The translations under genes were made by a program, and so were the position numbers. Positions 9,668 through 22,002 of a stretch of 57,757 bases of DNA are shown piece after piece; position 1 is the stretch's first letter, and the number at the start of each line of letters is the position of its first letter. The notes beneath the pieces are model-generated. The model saw only the letters and a list, made by a program, of their open reading frames with translations. It did not search any database and was not told where the DNA came from. The stretch lies in contig DFDI01000090.1 in the NCBI GenBank assembly GCA_002367635.1, positions 36,412 to 94,168 of the forward strand, given 5' to 3'. This DNA is from Betaproteobacteria bacterium UBA3031. GTDB taxonomy: Bacteria > Pseudomonadota > Gammaproteobacteria > Burkholderiales > Eutrophovitaceae.

Positions 9668-10768
9668 TCACGTCTGCACGATACGACGGTTGGCCCGAAA
9701 ATTCATCAATACACCCATCCCAAGTAAAACCGTAGCAGCTGAAGATCCGCCAAACGAAACTAAGGGTAAGGGTACGCCAACAATTGGCAGCAGACCAATC
9801 ACCATGCCAACGTTTACAAAAACATAAATGAAAAACGTCATCGTGATTGAAATTGCAGCCAAGCGGGAAAAAAGACTAGGTGCTTGCGCGGCTATTTTTA
9901 ACCCTCTCCAAATCAGCAAAGCATAAACCAAAAAAATAAGTAATACGCCTACGAACCCAAACTCTTCGCCAATAACTGCAAAAATAAAATCGGTCGTCCC
10001 CTCTGGAAGAAAATTCAATTGTGATTGAGTGCCATCCATCCACCCTTTCCCTAAAAAACCACCCGACCCAATCGCAATTGTTGATTGAATGCTGTGGTAT
10101 CCCGCGCCAAGTGGATCTGCCGATGGATTCAACAGCATAAGAATTCTTCTTTGCTGATAAGCATGGAGTAGCCCCCAAGCAAAAGGCATTACTAACAAGG
10201 CTAGCGTCGCGATAAACCCAAAAATTCGAATAGACATCCCAGCAAAAAATAAAACGAAAAAACCAGAGGCGAACACTAGAATAGCCGTCCCTAAATCAGG
10301 TTGTCTCAAAATTAGCGCGACGGGCACAAGCAACAACAACGCTGCCACGAGATAATTAATCGGCCTGAGCACACGCTCATATCGATCAAAATACCAAGCA
10401 AGCATTAAGGGTAGTGCGATTTTCAACAACTCTGAAGGCTGAATTCGAATAACTTGGAGGTCGAGCCACCGCTGAGCGCCTTTAGACTCTTCGCCAATTA
10501 AAGCCGTCAAAATCAACAAGACTACTGCGAAAAGATAAAGTGGCAAAGCCAATCGGCTAAGATATTCAAGTGGCGCCTTAGCCACCACCCACATCAACAC
10601 CAGAGCGATGGCAAAGTGGTTCGCCTGAGTCAAGACCGCACCGACATCCCCTTGAGATGAGCTGTACAGCATCCCTAAACTAATAACAAACAACGTGAAT
10701 ATGAGCGCCACCAACGGACCATCAAGGGTCTTGGTGAGTTCGGTCTTTATCCAGTGAAAAATGGCCAT
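9668..10768 (-). CDS. rodA: Peptidoglycan glycosyltransferase RodA (SEDS family)
   Basis: 366-aa polytopic membrane protein with SEDS motifs (QPSELLK, FIFAVIGEEFGF). Located directly downstream of mrdA. Confidence 0.93.
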   Translation of the reverse strand: MAIFHWIKTELTKTLDGPLVALIFTLFVISLGMLYSSSQGDVGAVLTQANHFAIALVLMWVVAKAPLEYLSRLALPLYLFAVVLLILTALIGEESKGAQRWLDLQVIRIQPSELLKIALPLMLAWYFDRYERVLRPINYLVAALLLLVPVALILRQPDLGTAILVFASGFFVLFFAGMSIRIFGFIATLALLVMPFAWGLLHAYQQRRILMLLNPSADPLGAGYHSIQSTIAIGSGGFLGKGWMDGTQSQLNFLPEGTTDFIFAVIGEEFGFVGVLLIFLVYALLIWRGLKIAAQAPSLFSRLAAISITMTFFIYVFVNVGMVIGLLPIVGVPLPLVSFGGSSAATVLLGMGVLMNFRANRRIVQT

Positions 10769-10797
10769 GATTCTCTATTCCCCAAGATCAAAAATAA

Positions 10798-12648
10798 TCA
10801 TGGCTGAGATTTAAAGTACGCATCAAAAACCTTTCTCGCGATCGGCGCTGCCACACTACCGCCGTGCCCCCCATTTTCCACGATGACAGCCAGAGCAATG
10901 GTTGGGTCGTCAGCAGGCGCATATGCGATAAAGAGGGCGTGATCTCGCAATTTTTTATCAATGGTATTTTCATCATAATCCTCACCCTTGAGGCCAAAAA
11001 CCTGCGCAGTTCCCGTTTTGCCCGCCATCGTGTAAGTAGCCCCAGCCGCAGCGTTGGCTGCCGTACCACCAGGCCTCATTACGCCCTCCATTGCCTTTTG
11101 CAACACTTTTACGTTTTGCGGTGACATTAATAGAGGTCGAACGCGCGTCGGCGTAATCGAGGTCGAATCTTTCTTAAAAGTTGGATCCAATTCGGCTTTT
11201 GTTAGCACGGGTTGAACCAAAGAGTGGCCGTTTGCTATACCTGCCGTAGCAACGGCCAATTGAAGTGGGGTAACCAAATTATATCCCTGTCCAATACCCA
11301 CAGATATCGTGTCTCCAGGATACCAGGGTGTTCCGAAACGTCGTTTTTTCCACTCTCTCGAAGGTGCCACGCCGTTTGATTCACTCGGCAAATCAATACC
11401 CGTTTTAGCACCAAAACCAAATCGCGTTAAATACCGATGGATAGTATCAATCCCTAACTCGTCAGCCAATTTATAAAAATACGTGTCAACAGACTCAACA
11501 ATCGCCTTGTGCATATTTACCTGCCCATGCCCCCCTTTTTTCCAATCTCTAAACTTGGCGTTGCTTCCAGGAAGGGAAAAGTATCCTGGGTCCCACATCG
11601 ACCAAGCAGGCGTCCGCAGCCCCGCCTCCAAACCAGCCAGAGCTAAAAAAGGTTTAAGCGTAGACCCGGGTGGATAAACGCCGCTGCTTGCTCGATTGAC
11701 TAAAGGCCGATCAATGGAATCAAGCATTTGCTGCCACGTCGTGGTATCGAGTCCTTTTACAAAATAGCTCGGATCATATCCAGGCTTGGATACAAAAGCT
11801 AAGACACTCCCGTCGTTCGGGTCTAATGCAATCAAAGCACCATTTTGGTCAGCAAATGCATCATACGCCACCTGCTGCAGCGCGATATTTATGGTTAAAA
11901 CTACGTTCTGCCCGCTGATTGGATTCTGGCGATCGAGTAAACGTATCTCTGTACCCCTCGAATCCACCTCAACATAATTAAGTCCTAACTGTCCCCTTAA
12001 GGTGCTTTCATAAAAAGCTTCGATGCCGACCTTCCCAATCCAGTCAGAATTGGTGTACGCCGTCTTCAATCCCTTTTGCTCTAACCTTTGCAAATCGGCT
12101 TCGCTCACGCGCCTAACGTGACCCAACAAGTGTGACGTTATTTCACCATAGGGATACTCTCTATATAGCTGAGCGCTCAATTGAATCTCTGGAAATCGAT
12201 ACGCGTTAGACGTAAATAACGCAACCTCTTCTTCGCTGAGATCGTCTCGGATGACAATATTGGAGAATCGACTGCTGACGCGTAAGGCATCCTCAATACG
12301 CCTGCGGTCTTCATCAGAAATTATGATCAGATCAGCTAGACCACTAATGACCCTGTCAGGATCATCAGTGCCACCCAGCAACAATTCAAGCGCGTACGAC
12401 GAATAGTTTTTAGCGAGTACGGTCCCTTTGCTGTCGTAGATCAATCCACGGTTGGGGAGAATCGGCGTTACATTGATGCGATTGTTCTCAGCCCTAACCT
12501 GATAGTAATCGGCGTTCACAACCTGGAGATAAAACAATCTACCCAATAACAAGGCGGACATGATCAACATCGCGACTATGCCCCCGTGGATACGGGCGTT
12601 AAACTCATTTAATACAGATGACGACTTTCTATATCGGTGAGCGCGCAC
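10798..12648 (-). CDS. mrdA: Penicillin-binding protein 2 (elongasome transpeptidase)
   Basis: 616 aa. N-terminal TM anchor and transpeptidase motifs STLKP (SxxK) and KTGTAQ (KTG). Sits between mreD and rodA. Confidence 0.93.
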   Translation of the reverse strand: MRAHRYRKSSSVLNEFNARIHGGIVAMLIMSALLLGRLFYLQVVNADYYQVRAENNRINVTPILPNRGLIYDSKGTVLAKNYSSYALELLLGGTDDPDRVISGLADLIIISDEDRRRIEDALRVSSRFSNIVIRDDLSEEEVALFTSNAYRFPEIQLSAQLYREYPYGEITSHLLGHVRRVSEADLQRLEQKGLKTAYTNSDWIGKVGIEAFYESTLRGQLGLNYVEVDSRGTEIRLLDRQNPISGQNVVLTINIALQQVAYDAFADQNGALIALDPNDGSVLAFVSKPGYDPSYFVKGLDTTTWQQMLDSIDRPLVNRASSGVYPPGSTLKPFLALAGLEAGLRTPAWSMWDPGYFSLPGSNAKFRDWKKGGHGQVNMHKAIVESVDTYFYKLADELGIDTIHRYLTRFGFGAKTGIDLPSESNGVAPSREWKKRRFGTPWYPGDTISVGIGQGYNLVTPLQLAVATAGIANGHSLVQPVLTKAELDPTFKKDSTSITPTRVRPLLMSPQNVKVLQKAMEGVMRPGGTAANAAAGATYTMAGKTGTAQVFGLKGEDYDENTIDKKLRDHALFIAYAPADDPTIALAVIVENGGHGGSVAAPIARKVFDAYFKSQP

Positions 12649-12690
12649 ATTTAGACTCTTTGTTATGAATCGTGACGCGCAACATGCGGT

Positions 12691-13185
12691 CTACTTAAAG
12701 CCGATGCGCGAATAATTCTTTGCAAGGACGGCCTCCACAATAGGCCATGTTAACCCCCACATAGCAGCCGCAAAAACGCTTTTGATATCCATTGGTGTCT
12801 TAACGAACATCAACACCACACCACGCAGTATGACCTCGAGCACCACGAACGTCAAAACGATGAACGCGATTTTTTTAAGCCTGATGCACATCTGAAAACG
12901 ATTGCCTAACCTCACAGCTACTGCGAGTAGCAATACATACTTTAACGAGTGTATTCCGATTGCCCCACCTACTGCAAAATCAACAATTAAACCCAACAGA
13001 AAGACGATACTCATTTTAGGTCTGACGTCACCCCCAATCAGCGCCCAATAGAAAATAACCAGCGCCAAAACGTCAGGGGCGATTGACCGGGATATGCCTG
13101 ACAATCCAACAGTAGAGAACAACAACCCTACAGCGATCGACCATGCTATTTTTTTATTTGAAACCTTCTGTGGTAAGACTGCCAT
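12691..13185 (-). CDS. mreD: Rod shape-determining protein MreD
   Basis: 164-aa hydrophobic protein immediately after mreC. Position and topology are typical of MreD. Confidence 0.85.
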   Translation of the reverse strand: MAVLPQKVSNKKIAWSIAVGLLFSTVGLSGISRSIAPDVLALVIFYWALIGGDVRPKMSIVFLLGLIVDFAVGGAIGIHSLKYVLLLAVAVRLGNRFQMCIRLKKIAFIVLTFVVLEVILRGVVLMFVKTPMDIKSVFAAAMWGLTWPIVEAVLAKNYSRIGFK

Positions 13186-13215
13186 CTATTTTTAATTATC
13201 TTTAAGACTTCTCAC

Positions 13216-14076
13216 TTAATTATCAGGGACAAACAAATCATTTCCAAGCGCTCCAGTCAATGCAAGAAAATCCTCGTTTGCATTCAGATTGGCTAAAGGC
13301 TTCAATAAAATCGTAGAAAAAATGGACGCGTCTGCTCCCTCAATAGAAACCACCGCGCCAACCGGAATGCCATAGGGGTGCCGTCCACCCAACCCAGAAG
13401 TCACCAAGACGTCGCCAACCTCTATATCGGTCTCTTCAGGAACAAATTTTAGCTCTAAAGACCCACGCCCACCTCTGCCAAAAACAACGCCCCTAAACCC
13501 CGTCCTAAGAATTTGAACATGCACACTCGCCCGCTGATCTGAAATCAAACGAACCGCAGCAACAACTCCCTCGGCGTGGAGCACCTGCCCAACAAGCCCC
13601 CGAGCGCCAATGATGTAATCCCCAGCCTTAACAGGCGCGCCATCTTCAAAACGGACCTTGAGCGTCTGCTCGTAAGGCGAGTCGGATGCGGTTATCACGG
13701 TTACCGCGTGCATCGAGAAGGCGCTGCGTTGATACAAACCAAGCAGCGCCTGGAGCTCCTCAACCCGTCGTTCAACTGAAGCTAGGGTCTGCAGTCGCCC
13801 GTCTTTGAGTAACTGATCCCCCCTAAGCGTTTCATTTTCCTGAGCCAGCTTGCCCTTGGAGTAAAAATATAAGGCGAATTGCTCAACCCAATCTTTCGAC
13901 GGAAGCAACGCATCAACGACAAAGTATTCGAAATGTGAGACTTCTTGCTTGATCGACGAAAAACTTTGTTTTTTTAAATCAAAAAAAATCAAACAACATG
14001 CGAGGCCGAGGTATACGAATAACTTGGCATAAAACTGCATCTTGCCGCGCTTCACGGCATTGGTTGCTATAGGCAT
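13216..14076 (-). CDS. mreC: Rod shape-determining protein MreC
   Basis: 286 aa with an N-terminal anchor, a coiled-coil segment (ENETLRGDQLL...) and a beta-rich C-terminal domain (GDVLVTSGLGGRHPYGIPVG). Confidence 0.9.
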   Translation of the reverse strand: MPIATNAVKRGKMQFYAKLFVYLGLACCLIFFDLKKQSFSSIKQEVSHFEYFVVDALLPSKDWVEQFALYFYSKGKLAQENETLRGDQLLKDGRLQTLASVERRVEELQALLGLYQRSAFSMHAVTVITASDSPYEQTLKVRFEDGAPVKAGDYIIGARGLVGQVLHAEGVVAAVRLISDQRASVHVQILRTGFRGVVFGRGGRGSLELKFVPEETDIEVGDVLVTSGLGGRHPYGIPVGAVVSIEGADASIFSTILLKPLANLNANEDFLALTGALGNDLFVPDN

Positions 14077-14143
14077 ACCCTGAAGCGGAACTCCGGCTCG
14101 TTAACCAATCCTCGACGCGGCGAAAACCAATATCCAGAACACC

Positions 14144-15274
<1,131 letters not shown>

Positions 15275-15382
15275 TTAACTAACCATCTAGGTCGTTCAAA
15301 ACGTGTGTGTCCACTCTTCAAAAGTGAGACACAGCGCATATGGCTTTGAAACCAGGCGGCTAAACGCAACTGCAAATCAAAC

Positions 15383-15670
15383 ATGTCACTAAGCAAACAA
15401 GACGTCCAAAAGGCTGCCGCTCTCGCTCGAATTGAGGTTACGGACCAAGAAGTAGAGGATGCGTTAGAGCCTCTCAAGCAGGTGTTTACACTCATTAAAG
15501 AGATGCAAAATCTTGACACTGAAGGCGTCGAGCCGATGGCTCATGCTCAAGATATTTCCACCCGGCTCAGAGACGACATTGTCACGGAAATAGACCGGCG
15601 AGAAGTGCTTCAAGCCAGCGCGCCAGCAGTTGAAAATGGATTGTTCCTAGTTCCTAAAGTCATTGATTAA
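15383..15670 (+). CDS. gatC: Asp/Glu-tRNA(Asn/Gln) amidotransferase subunit C
   Basis: 95 aa ([12 protein letters not shown]...). First gene of a tight gatCAB string. Confidence 0.93.
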   Translation: MSLSKQDVQKAAALARIEVTDQEVEDALEPLKQVFTLIKEMQNLDTEGVEPMAHAQDISTRLRDDIVTEIDRREVLQASAPAVENGLFLVPKVID

Positions 15671-15672
15671 TC

Positions 15673-17133
15673 ATGTTTGATAAATCTGTTAAAGAACTGG
15701 GCAACGCACTGCGCCACAAAGAATTCTCGAGCGTCGAACTAACGCAAGCGTTTTTAGATCGCAGCAAGGCATTGAATGGCGAAATCAATGCATTTATTAC
15801 ATTTGACGAAGAACAGACCCTCGCTCAAGCTAAGGTCGCCGACGAAACCCTCTTAAAGGGCAAGCCCACCCCCCTCACTGGGATACCCATCGCCCACAAA
15901 GATATCTGGTGCGCAAAAAACTGGATCACGACCTGCGGGTCAAGAATGCTGGAAAATTTCCGGTCGCCTTATAACGCACATATCATCAAACGCTTCAATG
16001 ATTTCGGTGCGGTCATTCAAGGCAAAACCAACATGGACGAATTTGCAATGGGGTCGTCCAACGAAACGTCTTGGTTTGGTGCTGTCAAAAACCCATGGGA
16101 CCTCAATCGAGTGCCCGGTGGTAGCTCTGGTGGATCAGCCGCGGCCGTTGCCGCAGGCATGACCCCAGCAGCCACGGGTACAGATACGGGCGGATCCATT
16201 CGACAACCCGCTGCACTTTGCGGCATATCTGGCCTCAAACCAACCTACGGACTGGTATCCCGTTATGGCATGATTGCTTTTGCCTCTAGTCTGGACCAAG
16301 GCGGGCCCATGGCAAAATCTGCGGAAGACCTCGCGATTTTGCTAGAAGCTATGGTAGGTTTTGACGCCAAAGACAGTACAAGCCTCAACAACAAACAGGT
16401 CGATTACGCCAGATCCATTAACGAGTCCGTCGCCGGCTTAAAAATTGGCATACCTAAAGAATATTTTAGCAACCACATAGCCCCTGACATCCAAAAAAGT
16501 ATTGAACAAGCGTTGAAGGAATATCAAAAGATTGGCGCGATACTCGTTGACGTTGACCTACCTACGAGCCCCCTATCCGTTGCGGCCTACTATGTTATAG
16601 CTCCGGCGGAAGCTTCTAGCAACTTGTCTCGCTTTGACGGTGTACGCTACGGATACCGAGCTCCCGAATACGGGGACTTAAACGATATGTACGCCAAGAC
16701 TCGGGCTCAGGGTTTTGGCGCTGAAGTTAAAAGACGAATACTCATTGGTACTTACGTACTATCGCATGGTTATTATGATGCGTACTACATCAAAGCACAG
16801 AAAGTCCGAAGGTTAATATCTCAAGATTTCATGCGGGCATTTCAAACCTGTGATGTCATCATGTCTCCAACGACGCCAAGCACAGCATTCAAGCTTGGGG
16901 AGAAATCGTCAGATCCCGTACAAATGTACCTATCAGATACGTTTACAATTGCCGCCAATTTAGCGGGCCTGCCAGCGATGTCAATTCCATGCGGCTTCGA
17001 TCAAGCCAATTTGCCGATCGGGCTTCAGCTTATTGGTAATTATTTCGATGAAGCGAAAATGCTCGCGACCGCGCACCAGTACCAACGCGTCACCGACTGG
17101 CACCTTAAAAAACCACCTTTAACTACTGCTTAA
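15673..17133 (+). CDS. gatA: Asp/Glu-tRNA(Asn/Gln) amidotransferase subunit A
   Basis: 486 aa with the amidase signature [14 protein letters not shown]...[12 protein letters not shown]. Confidence 0.96.
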   Translation: MFDKSVKELGNALRHKEFSSVELTQAFLDRSKALNGEINAFITFDEEQTLAQAKVADETLLKGKPTPLTGIPIAHKDIWCAKNWITTCGSRMLENFRSPYNAHIIKRFNDFGAVIQGKTNMDEFAMGSSNETSWFGAVKNPWDLNRVPGGSSGGSAAAVAAGMTPAATGTDTGGSIRQPAALCGISGLKPTYGLVSRYGMIAFASSLDQGGPMAKSAEDLAILLEAMVGFDAKDSTSLNNKQVDYARSINESVAGLKIGIPKEYFSNHIAPDIQKSIEQALKEYQKIGAILVDVDLPTSPLSVAAYYVIAPAEASSNLSRFDGVRYGYRAPEYGDLNDMYAKTRAQGFGAEVKRRILIGTYVLSHGYYDAYYIKAQKVRRLISQDFMRAFQTCDVIMSPTTPSTAFKLGEKSSDPVQMYLSDTFTIAANLAGLPAMSIPCGFDQANLPIGLQLIGNYFDEAKMLATAHQYQRVTDWHLKKPPLTTA

Positions 17134-17137
17134 GCTT

Positions 17138-18583
17138 ATGGAATGGGAAACCGTCATCGGGATTGAAACCCACGTTCAATTGTCCACTCAGTCAAAGATC
17201 TTTTCAGGAGCATCCACAGACTTTGGTGCAGAACCGAACGTGCATGCCTGTGAGGTTGACCTAGCTCTCCCTGGGGTTTTGCCGGTTCTTAATAGAGAAG
17301 CGGTTGAAAAGGCCTTACGCTTCGGTATCGCAACGCAAGGGACCATCAATCAACGGTCGATATTTGCCAGAAAAAATTATTTTTATCCCGACCTGCCTAA
17401 AGGCTACCAGATCAGTCAGTTTGAAATACCCATTATCGAAGGAGGCTCGCTAACATTTCGGGTGGACGACGTTGAAAAGACGGTCAACTTAACACGCGCA
17501 CATCTTGAAGAGGATGCGGGAAAATCACTTCATGAAGATTTTGTAGGTATGAGTGGCATCGATCTTAATCGGGCAGGCACGCCGCTTTTAGAAATCGTAA
17601 CCGAGCCCGAGATGCGCTCATCAAGCGAAGCCGTAGAATACGCCAAAACGCTACATGCGCTTGTGCGTTGGATCGGCATTTGTGATGGCAATATGCAAGA
17701 AGGTAACTTCAGATGTGATGCCAACGTGTCTGTACGAAGGAAGGGGGATAATACCCTCGGCACTCGCAGAGAAATTAAAAACCTAAATTCTTTTCGATTT
17801 CTGCAACAAGCTATTGAATACGAAGCGCGTTGGCAGATTGAGCAAATTGAAGATGGTCTATCTATCGTTCAGGCAACCGTACTTTTTGATCCCGATAGTG
17901 GTGAGACCCGATTGATGCGCACCAAAGCAGATGCGCACGATTATCGCTATTTCCCTGACCCAGATTTGCTACCATTGATTGTTGATGATGACTGGTTAGT
18001 CACCGTGCGCTCATCGCTTCCCGAACTGCCTAAGTCGAAGGCCGAACGCTATCAAGCCGAGTTAGAACTCAATGGTCCTGATGTTGCCTCACTGGTATCC
18101 ACCCTGGAGGCGGCATCTTATTTTGAGTCCGTCCTCGCCGAATTTGATGAAAAGACGATCAAATCTGCGGCCAAACTGATTGCCAACTGGATGAATGGCG
18201 AAGTAGCTGCTGCGCTTAATCGCGAACAGAAAGACTTCTCCGTGTGTCCAGTTTCTCCGTCGAGCTTGTCAACCTTAATTAAACGCATTCTTGATAACAC
18301 GCTGTCCACAAAATTGGCTCGACTGGTGTTCGAGGAATTGTGGGGCGGCGCATTATCTGTAGATGATATTATTAAGGAAAAAGGATTCACCCAAATGTCG
18401 GACTCGGGTGAAATTGAATCTTATGTCGACCAAGTCATCACGCAAAACCCTCAACAGGTTGATGACTTTAAAGCAGGAAAAGAACAGGCCCTTAATTCAC
18501 TGGTAGGCCAAGTGATGAAATTGACAAAAGGTAAAGCAAACCCAACGCAGGTAAACGAAATTTTGAAAGCTAAGTTAGCTTAA
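17138..18583 (+). CDS. gatB: Asp/Glu-tRNA(Asn/Gln) amidotransferase subunit B
   Basis: 481 aa ([13 protein letters not shown]..., NLNSFRF, C-terminal GatB/YqeY tail). Confidence 0.96.
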   Translation: MEWETVIGIETHVQLSTQSKIFSGASTDFGAEPNVHACEVDLALPGVLPVLNREAVEKALRFGIATQGTINQRSIFARKNYFYPDLPKGYQISQFEIPIIEGGSLTFRVDDVEKTVNLTRAHLEEDAGKSLHEDFVGMSGIDLNRAGTPLLEIVTEPEMRSSSEAVEYAKTLHALVRWIGICDGNMQEGNFRCDANVSVRRKGDNTLGTRREIKNLNSFRFLQQAIEYEARWQIEQIEDGLSIVQATVLFDPDSGETRLMRTKADAHDYRYFPDPDLLPLIVDDDWLVTVRSSLPELPKSKAERYQAELELNGPDVASLVSTLEAASYFESVLAEFDEKTIKSAAKLIANWMNGEVAAALNREQKDFSVCPVSPSSLSTLIKRILDNTLSTKLARLVFEELWGGALSVDDIIKEKGFTQMSDSGEIESYVDQVITQNPQQVDDFKAGKEQALNSLVGQVMKLTKGKANPTQVNEILKAKLA

Positions 18584-18584
18584 T

Positions 18585-19235
18585 TTAAGCCGCGCCATAT
18601 TCTTCACGATACTTGCATACTCGACTTAGATTATTAGCCATCTCCGGCTTTTGAGATAAATAGTCCACGAGATCGTCCAAGCAAAACAAATTGATTACGG
18701 GCAGACCAAAATCTCTTTGGATTTGTTGAATTGCCGACTCGGCTCCTGTCCCACGTTCTTGACGATCTAAAGAAATCACGATCCCGCATGGCGTTGCTCC
18801 AGTGGCCTCAATCACCTCAATTGACTCACGCACCGAGGTCCCTGCTGAGATGACATCATCAACGATAAGCACCTTGCCAGAGACCGGCGCTCCTATCGTT
18901 AGGCCTCCCTCACCATGATCTTTAAGTTCCTTACGATTAAAAGCAAACGGAACGTTTCTATTAAAGCCAGCCAAAGCAATCGCGGTCGAAGCTGATAAGG
19001 TGATGCCTTTATAGGCTGGTCCATAGAGCATATCAAACTCAATATTCGCATTAAGAATCGCTTGAGCATAAAATTGGCCTAATTTTGCAATTGCTACGCC
19101 ATCAGTAAATAATCCAGCATTAAAAAAATAAGGCGACTGTCGTCCTGCCTTGGTTGTAAAGTCACCAAAACGCAAGACATTAGCTTTAAGTGTAAATTCG
19201 ATAAACTCTACTTTTGAGAAAATTTGTGACGTCAT
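18585..19235 (-). CDS. pyrE: Orotate phosphoribosyltransferase
   Basis: [41 protein letters not shown] aligns with the E. coli PyrE N-terminus ([38 protein letters not shown]). PRPP motif [13 protein letters not shown] is present. I use ATG 19235 rather than the ORF-track GTG 19298. Confidence 0.93.
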   Translation of the reverse strand: [216 protein letters not shown]

Positions 19236-20010
19236 GTTAAGAATTGTTTCATTAAATTTAAATGGTATCCGCTCCGCTGTTAAAAAAGGTCTCCCCACAT
19301 GGATGACTCAATCTAACGCAGATATATTCTGTCTTCAAGAGCTAAAGGCTCAGGAAAAAGATATCAATAACGACATAAGAAATATTGCCGACTATCATAG
19401 CTTTTTCCATTGCGCCGAGCGGCCAGGCTACAGCGGCGTTGGTATCTATTCTAAACGAGAGCCTGATGATGTGATCAAAGGATTTGGTTTCGAGGATATT
19501 GATGCTGAGGGCAGATATATCGAAGCACGATTTAACAACCTTTCAGTAATTTCCGTTTATGTGCCCTCGGGATCGAGTTCAGCAGAACGCCTAAGTATCA
19601 AATTTAGCTTTCAGGAACGATTTATAGCGCCCTTAAATGCGCTAATTCAAAGCGGAAGAGACGTTGTTATCTGCGGGGATTGGAACGTGGCACACAAGGA
19701 AATCGACCTAAAAAACTGGAGATCAAATCGAAAAAACTCAGGCTTTCTGCCCGAAGAAAGAGAGTGGCTTGACGGCCTGCTCAATAAGCTAGGATATATT
19801 GACGTCTTTAGACAGTTGAATGCCGGCCCGGATCAATACACTTGGTGGTCAAACCGAGGTCAAGCTTGGTCAAATAACGTCGGTTGGCGCATTGACTATC
19901 AATTGTGTTCCCCTGGTATTGCGAGCACAGCCAAACGAGAAGAAATTTACAAGGCTGAACGGTTCAGTGATCATGCGCCTTTAACGATTGACTACGACTT
20001 TATTATTTAA
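19234..20010 (+). CDS. xthA: Exodeoxyribonuclease III (AP endonuclease)
   Basis: MLRIVSLNLNGIRSA aligns with E. coli XthA (MKFVSFNINGLRA). The C-terminal SDHAP motif is present. I use ATG 19234 rather than the ORF-track 19150. Confidence 0.92.
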   Translation: MLRIVSLNLNGIRSAVKKGLPTWMTQSNADIFCLQELKAQEKDINNDIRNIADYHSFFHCAERPGYSGVGIYSKREPDDVIKGFGFEDIDAEGRYIEARFNNLSVISVYVPSGSSSAERLSIKFSFQERFIAPLNALIQSGRDVVICGDWNVAHKEIDLKNWRSNRKNSGFLPEEREWLDGLLNKLGYIDVFRQLNAGPDQYTWWSNRGQAWSNNVGWRIDYQLCSPGIASTAKREEIYKAERFSDHAPLTIDYDFII

Positions 20011-20042
20011 CCGCAAAACTTACCTTAAAGACCTTCAGTCAC

Positions 20043-21371
20043 ATGAAAATGCGTATTAACAGCTTCTTCGCAATTTATACGCAAACTAACGTATTGCGCA
20101 TGCTGTTTCTCGGCTTCTCAGCTGGACTACCGCTACTTCTAATTTTTGGAACGCTTTCTTTTTGGCTCAGAGAGGCTGGGCATGAGCTCTCAACCATTGG
20201 CTTCTTTTCATGGATTGGTTTGGTATACGCCTTCAAATGGGCCTGGTCTCCCCTAGTAGATCAAATGCCAATCCCAGTGCTCACGTCAAAGCTTGGCAGA
20301 AGACGAGCGTGGCTTTTAGTGTCGCAAATTATGGTGGGCGTTGGTCTCATCGGTATTGCTACAACAGATCCCTCACAAGGGCTATCTGTTGTAATCGGAT
20401 TTGCCATCCTAACCGCAACGGCGTCGGCCACCCAGGATATCGCGCTGGATGCGTTCCGTATTGAGTCCGGCCTGATTGAGGAGCAAGGTGCCATGGCCGC
20501 AACGTATCAAATGGGGTACCGAATTGCCATGATTACATCTTCCGCTGGCACCTTACTTTTAGCATCATGGTTTGACTATACGGAAAACGTGTACGAACCA
20601 GAGCCTTGGATGTACGCATACCTATTCATGTCGGCGCTCATGTTGATTGGTATTACAACCACAATGCTGTCTCGAGAACCCGTGGTGCACGCTTATGGGC
20701 AAAGTCATAGTCTCAAGACGCAATCAGGAGTTCAACGATTGATCGGTTGGCTTAAAAATGCAGCCATCATGCCATTTTTAGATTTTATTCGACGCTATCG
20801 ACTTCAGGCTATTGTATTGCTTGCAATGATTAGTCTCTACAGAATCTCAGATATAGTCATGGGCGTAATGTCTAATCCCTTCTACCTTGACATGGGGTTT
20901 TCTAAACAAGAGATTGCGACGGTTTCCAAAATATTTGGCGTCATTATGACTATTTTAGGAGCCCTCGTTGGAGGGTCGCTCATCAAACACCTCGGCATCT
21001 TCAAGATCCTTTTTGTCGGCGCAGCCTTAAGCAGTCTAACCAACCTACTGTTTGCCTGGCTTTCGGTCAACGAACCTTCAATTGGCGCACTAGCCTTGAC
21101 GGTGAGCGCGGATAATTTCAGCGCTGGAATTGCGAGTGCGGCATTCATCGCTTATCTTTCTAGCCTCACAAATATTCAGTATTCTGCGACTCAGTACGCA
21201 TTATTCAGCTCGTTAATGTTTTTGTTTCCAAAATCAATCGCCGGTTGGTCTGGCGTATTTGTTGAGGAATGGGGATATGCCTACTTCTTTATCACAACAA
21301 CGCTCATCGGGGTGCCAAGCCTGATTCTGGTTTGGTTCATCAGGAAAATCTCTTTAGACTCGCGGCCCTAG
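20043..21371 (+). CDS. ampG: AmpG-family MFS muropeptide permease
   Basis: 442-aa polytopic MFS protein with an AmpG-like N-terminus (LGFSAGLPLLLIFGTLSFWLREAG...KWAWSPLVD). Confidence 0.85.
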   Translation: MKMRINSFFAIYTQTNVLRMLFLGFSAGLPLLLIFGTLSFWLREAGHELSTIGFFSWIGLVYAFKWAWSPLVDQMPIPVLTSKLGRRRAWLLVSQIMVGVGLIGIATTDPSQGLSVVIGFAILTATASATQDIALDAFRIESGLIEEQGAMAATYQMGYRIAMITSSAGTLLLASWFDYTENVYEPEPWMYAYLFMSALMLIGITTTMLSREPVVHAYGQSHSLKTQSGVQRLIGWLKNAAIMPFLDFIRRYRLQAIVLLAMISLYRISDIVMGVMSNPFYLDMGFSKQEIATVSKIFGVIMTILGALVGGSLIKHLGIFKILFVGAALSSLTNLLFAWLSVNEPSIGALALTVSADNFSAGIASAAFIAYLSSLTNIQYSATQYALFSSLMFLFPKSIAGWSGVFVEEWGYAYFFITTTLIGVPSLILVWFIRKISLDSRP

Positions 21372-21399
21372 GGACCACCAAAAACTGGTCGCTTTATTT

Positions 21400-22002
21400 T
21401 TAGCCCTTATCGAATCTATAAATCGCAAGAGCCCCCATTAAATTAGGGATGGCGTCTATCGGTCTGCCTCTTTCACTGAGCACAACTCTATCGAGAATCC
21501 TGGCGTTATGGCTAACACAAAAATTTTCAAAATCATTAATCGTTAACACATGAATATTAGGCGTGTCGTACCACTGGTAAGGCAGCTCCTTCGATACGGG
21601 CGCTTGACCTAAGAAAATTTGTAAGCGGTGTCGCCAGAATCCAAAATTAGGAAAGGTCACAATAACCTGTCTACCAACGCGAAGCATCTCATCAATAATG
21701 GCCTCAGTTTGATGGACGGCTTGCAACGTCAACGATAAAACAACGTAATCAAAGGTTCCGGCCCCAAAGCCCTCCAACCCATGCTCCAAATCAGATTGGA
21801 CGACATTGATGCCATTACTCAAACTGGCGAGCACATTACGGTCATCTTTCTCCACTCCGTACCCTGATACATTTTTCGTTTGTTTAAGATGTAACAATAA
21901 GGACCCATCACCGCAACCTAGATCTAGCACGGTCGACCCATCTTTAATCATCTCGGTAATGATTTGATAATCCTGTCGCCTGATCGTGTTATTTCTACTC
22001 AT
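21400..22002 (-). CDS. metW: Methionine biosynthesis protein MetW
   Basis: Methyltransferase-like fold ([12 protein letters not shown]). Located immediately after metX, overlapping it by 8 nt. I use ATG 22002 rather than the ORF-track 22041. Confidence 0.88.
   Translation of the reverse strand: MSRNNTIRRQDYQIITEMIKDGSTVLDLGCGDGSLLLHLKQTKNVSGYGVEKDDRNVLASLSNGINVVQSDLEHGLEGFGAGTFDYVVLSLTLQAVHQTEAIIDEMLRVGRQVIVTFPNFGFWRHRLQIFLGQAPVSKELPYQWYDTPNIHVLTINDFENFCVSHNARILDRVVLSERGRPIDAIPNLMGALAIYRFDKG

Noticed and set aside
15290-15345. An interrupted 9-bp hairpin (TGTGTC-CAC ... GTG-A-GACACA) in the gatC leader / mreB upstream region, and a 7-bp hairpin in the cytochrome c5 leader (about 7255..7275).
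   Set aside because: They match no riboswitch or attenuator class I know and are not followed by U-tracts. They are probably generic leader structures.
21372-21399. GACCA-N8-TGGTC followed by GCTTTATTTTT between ampG and metW, considered as an ampG terminator.
   Set aside because: It is only a 5-bp AT/GC-mixed stem with an 8-nt loop. This is marginal and is left unannotated.
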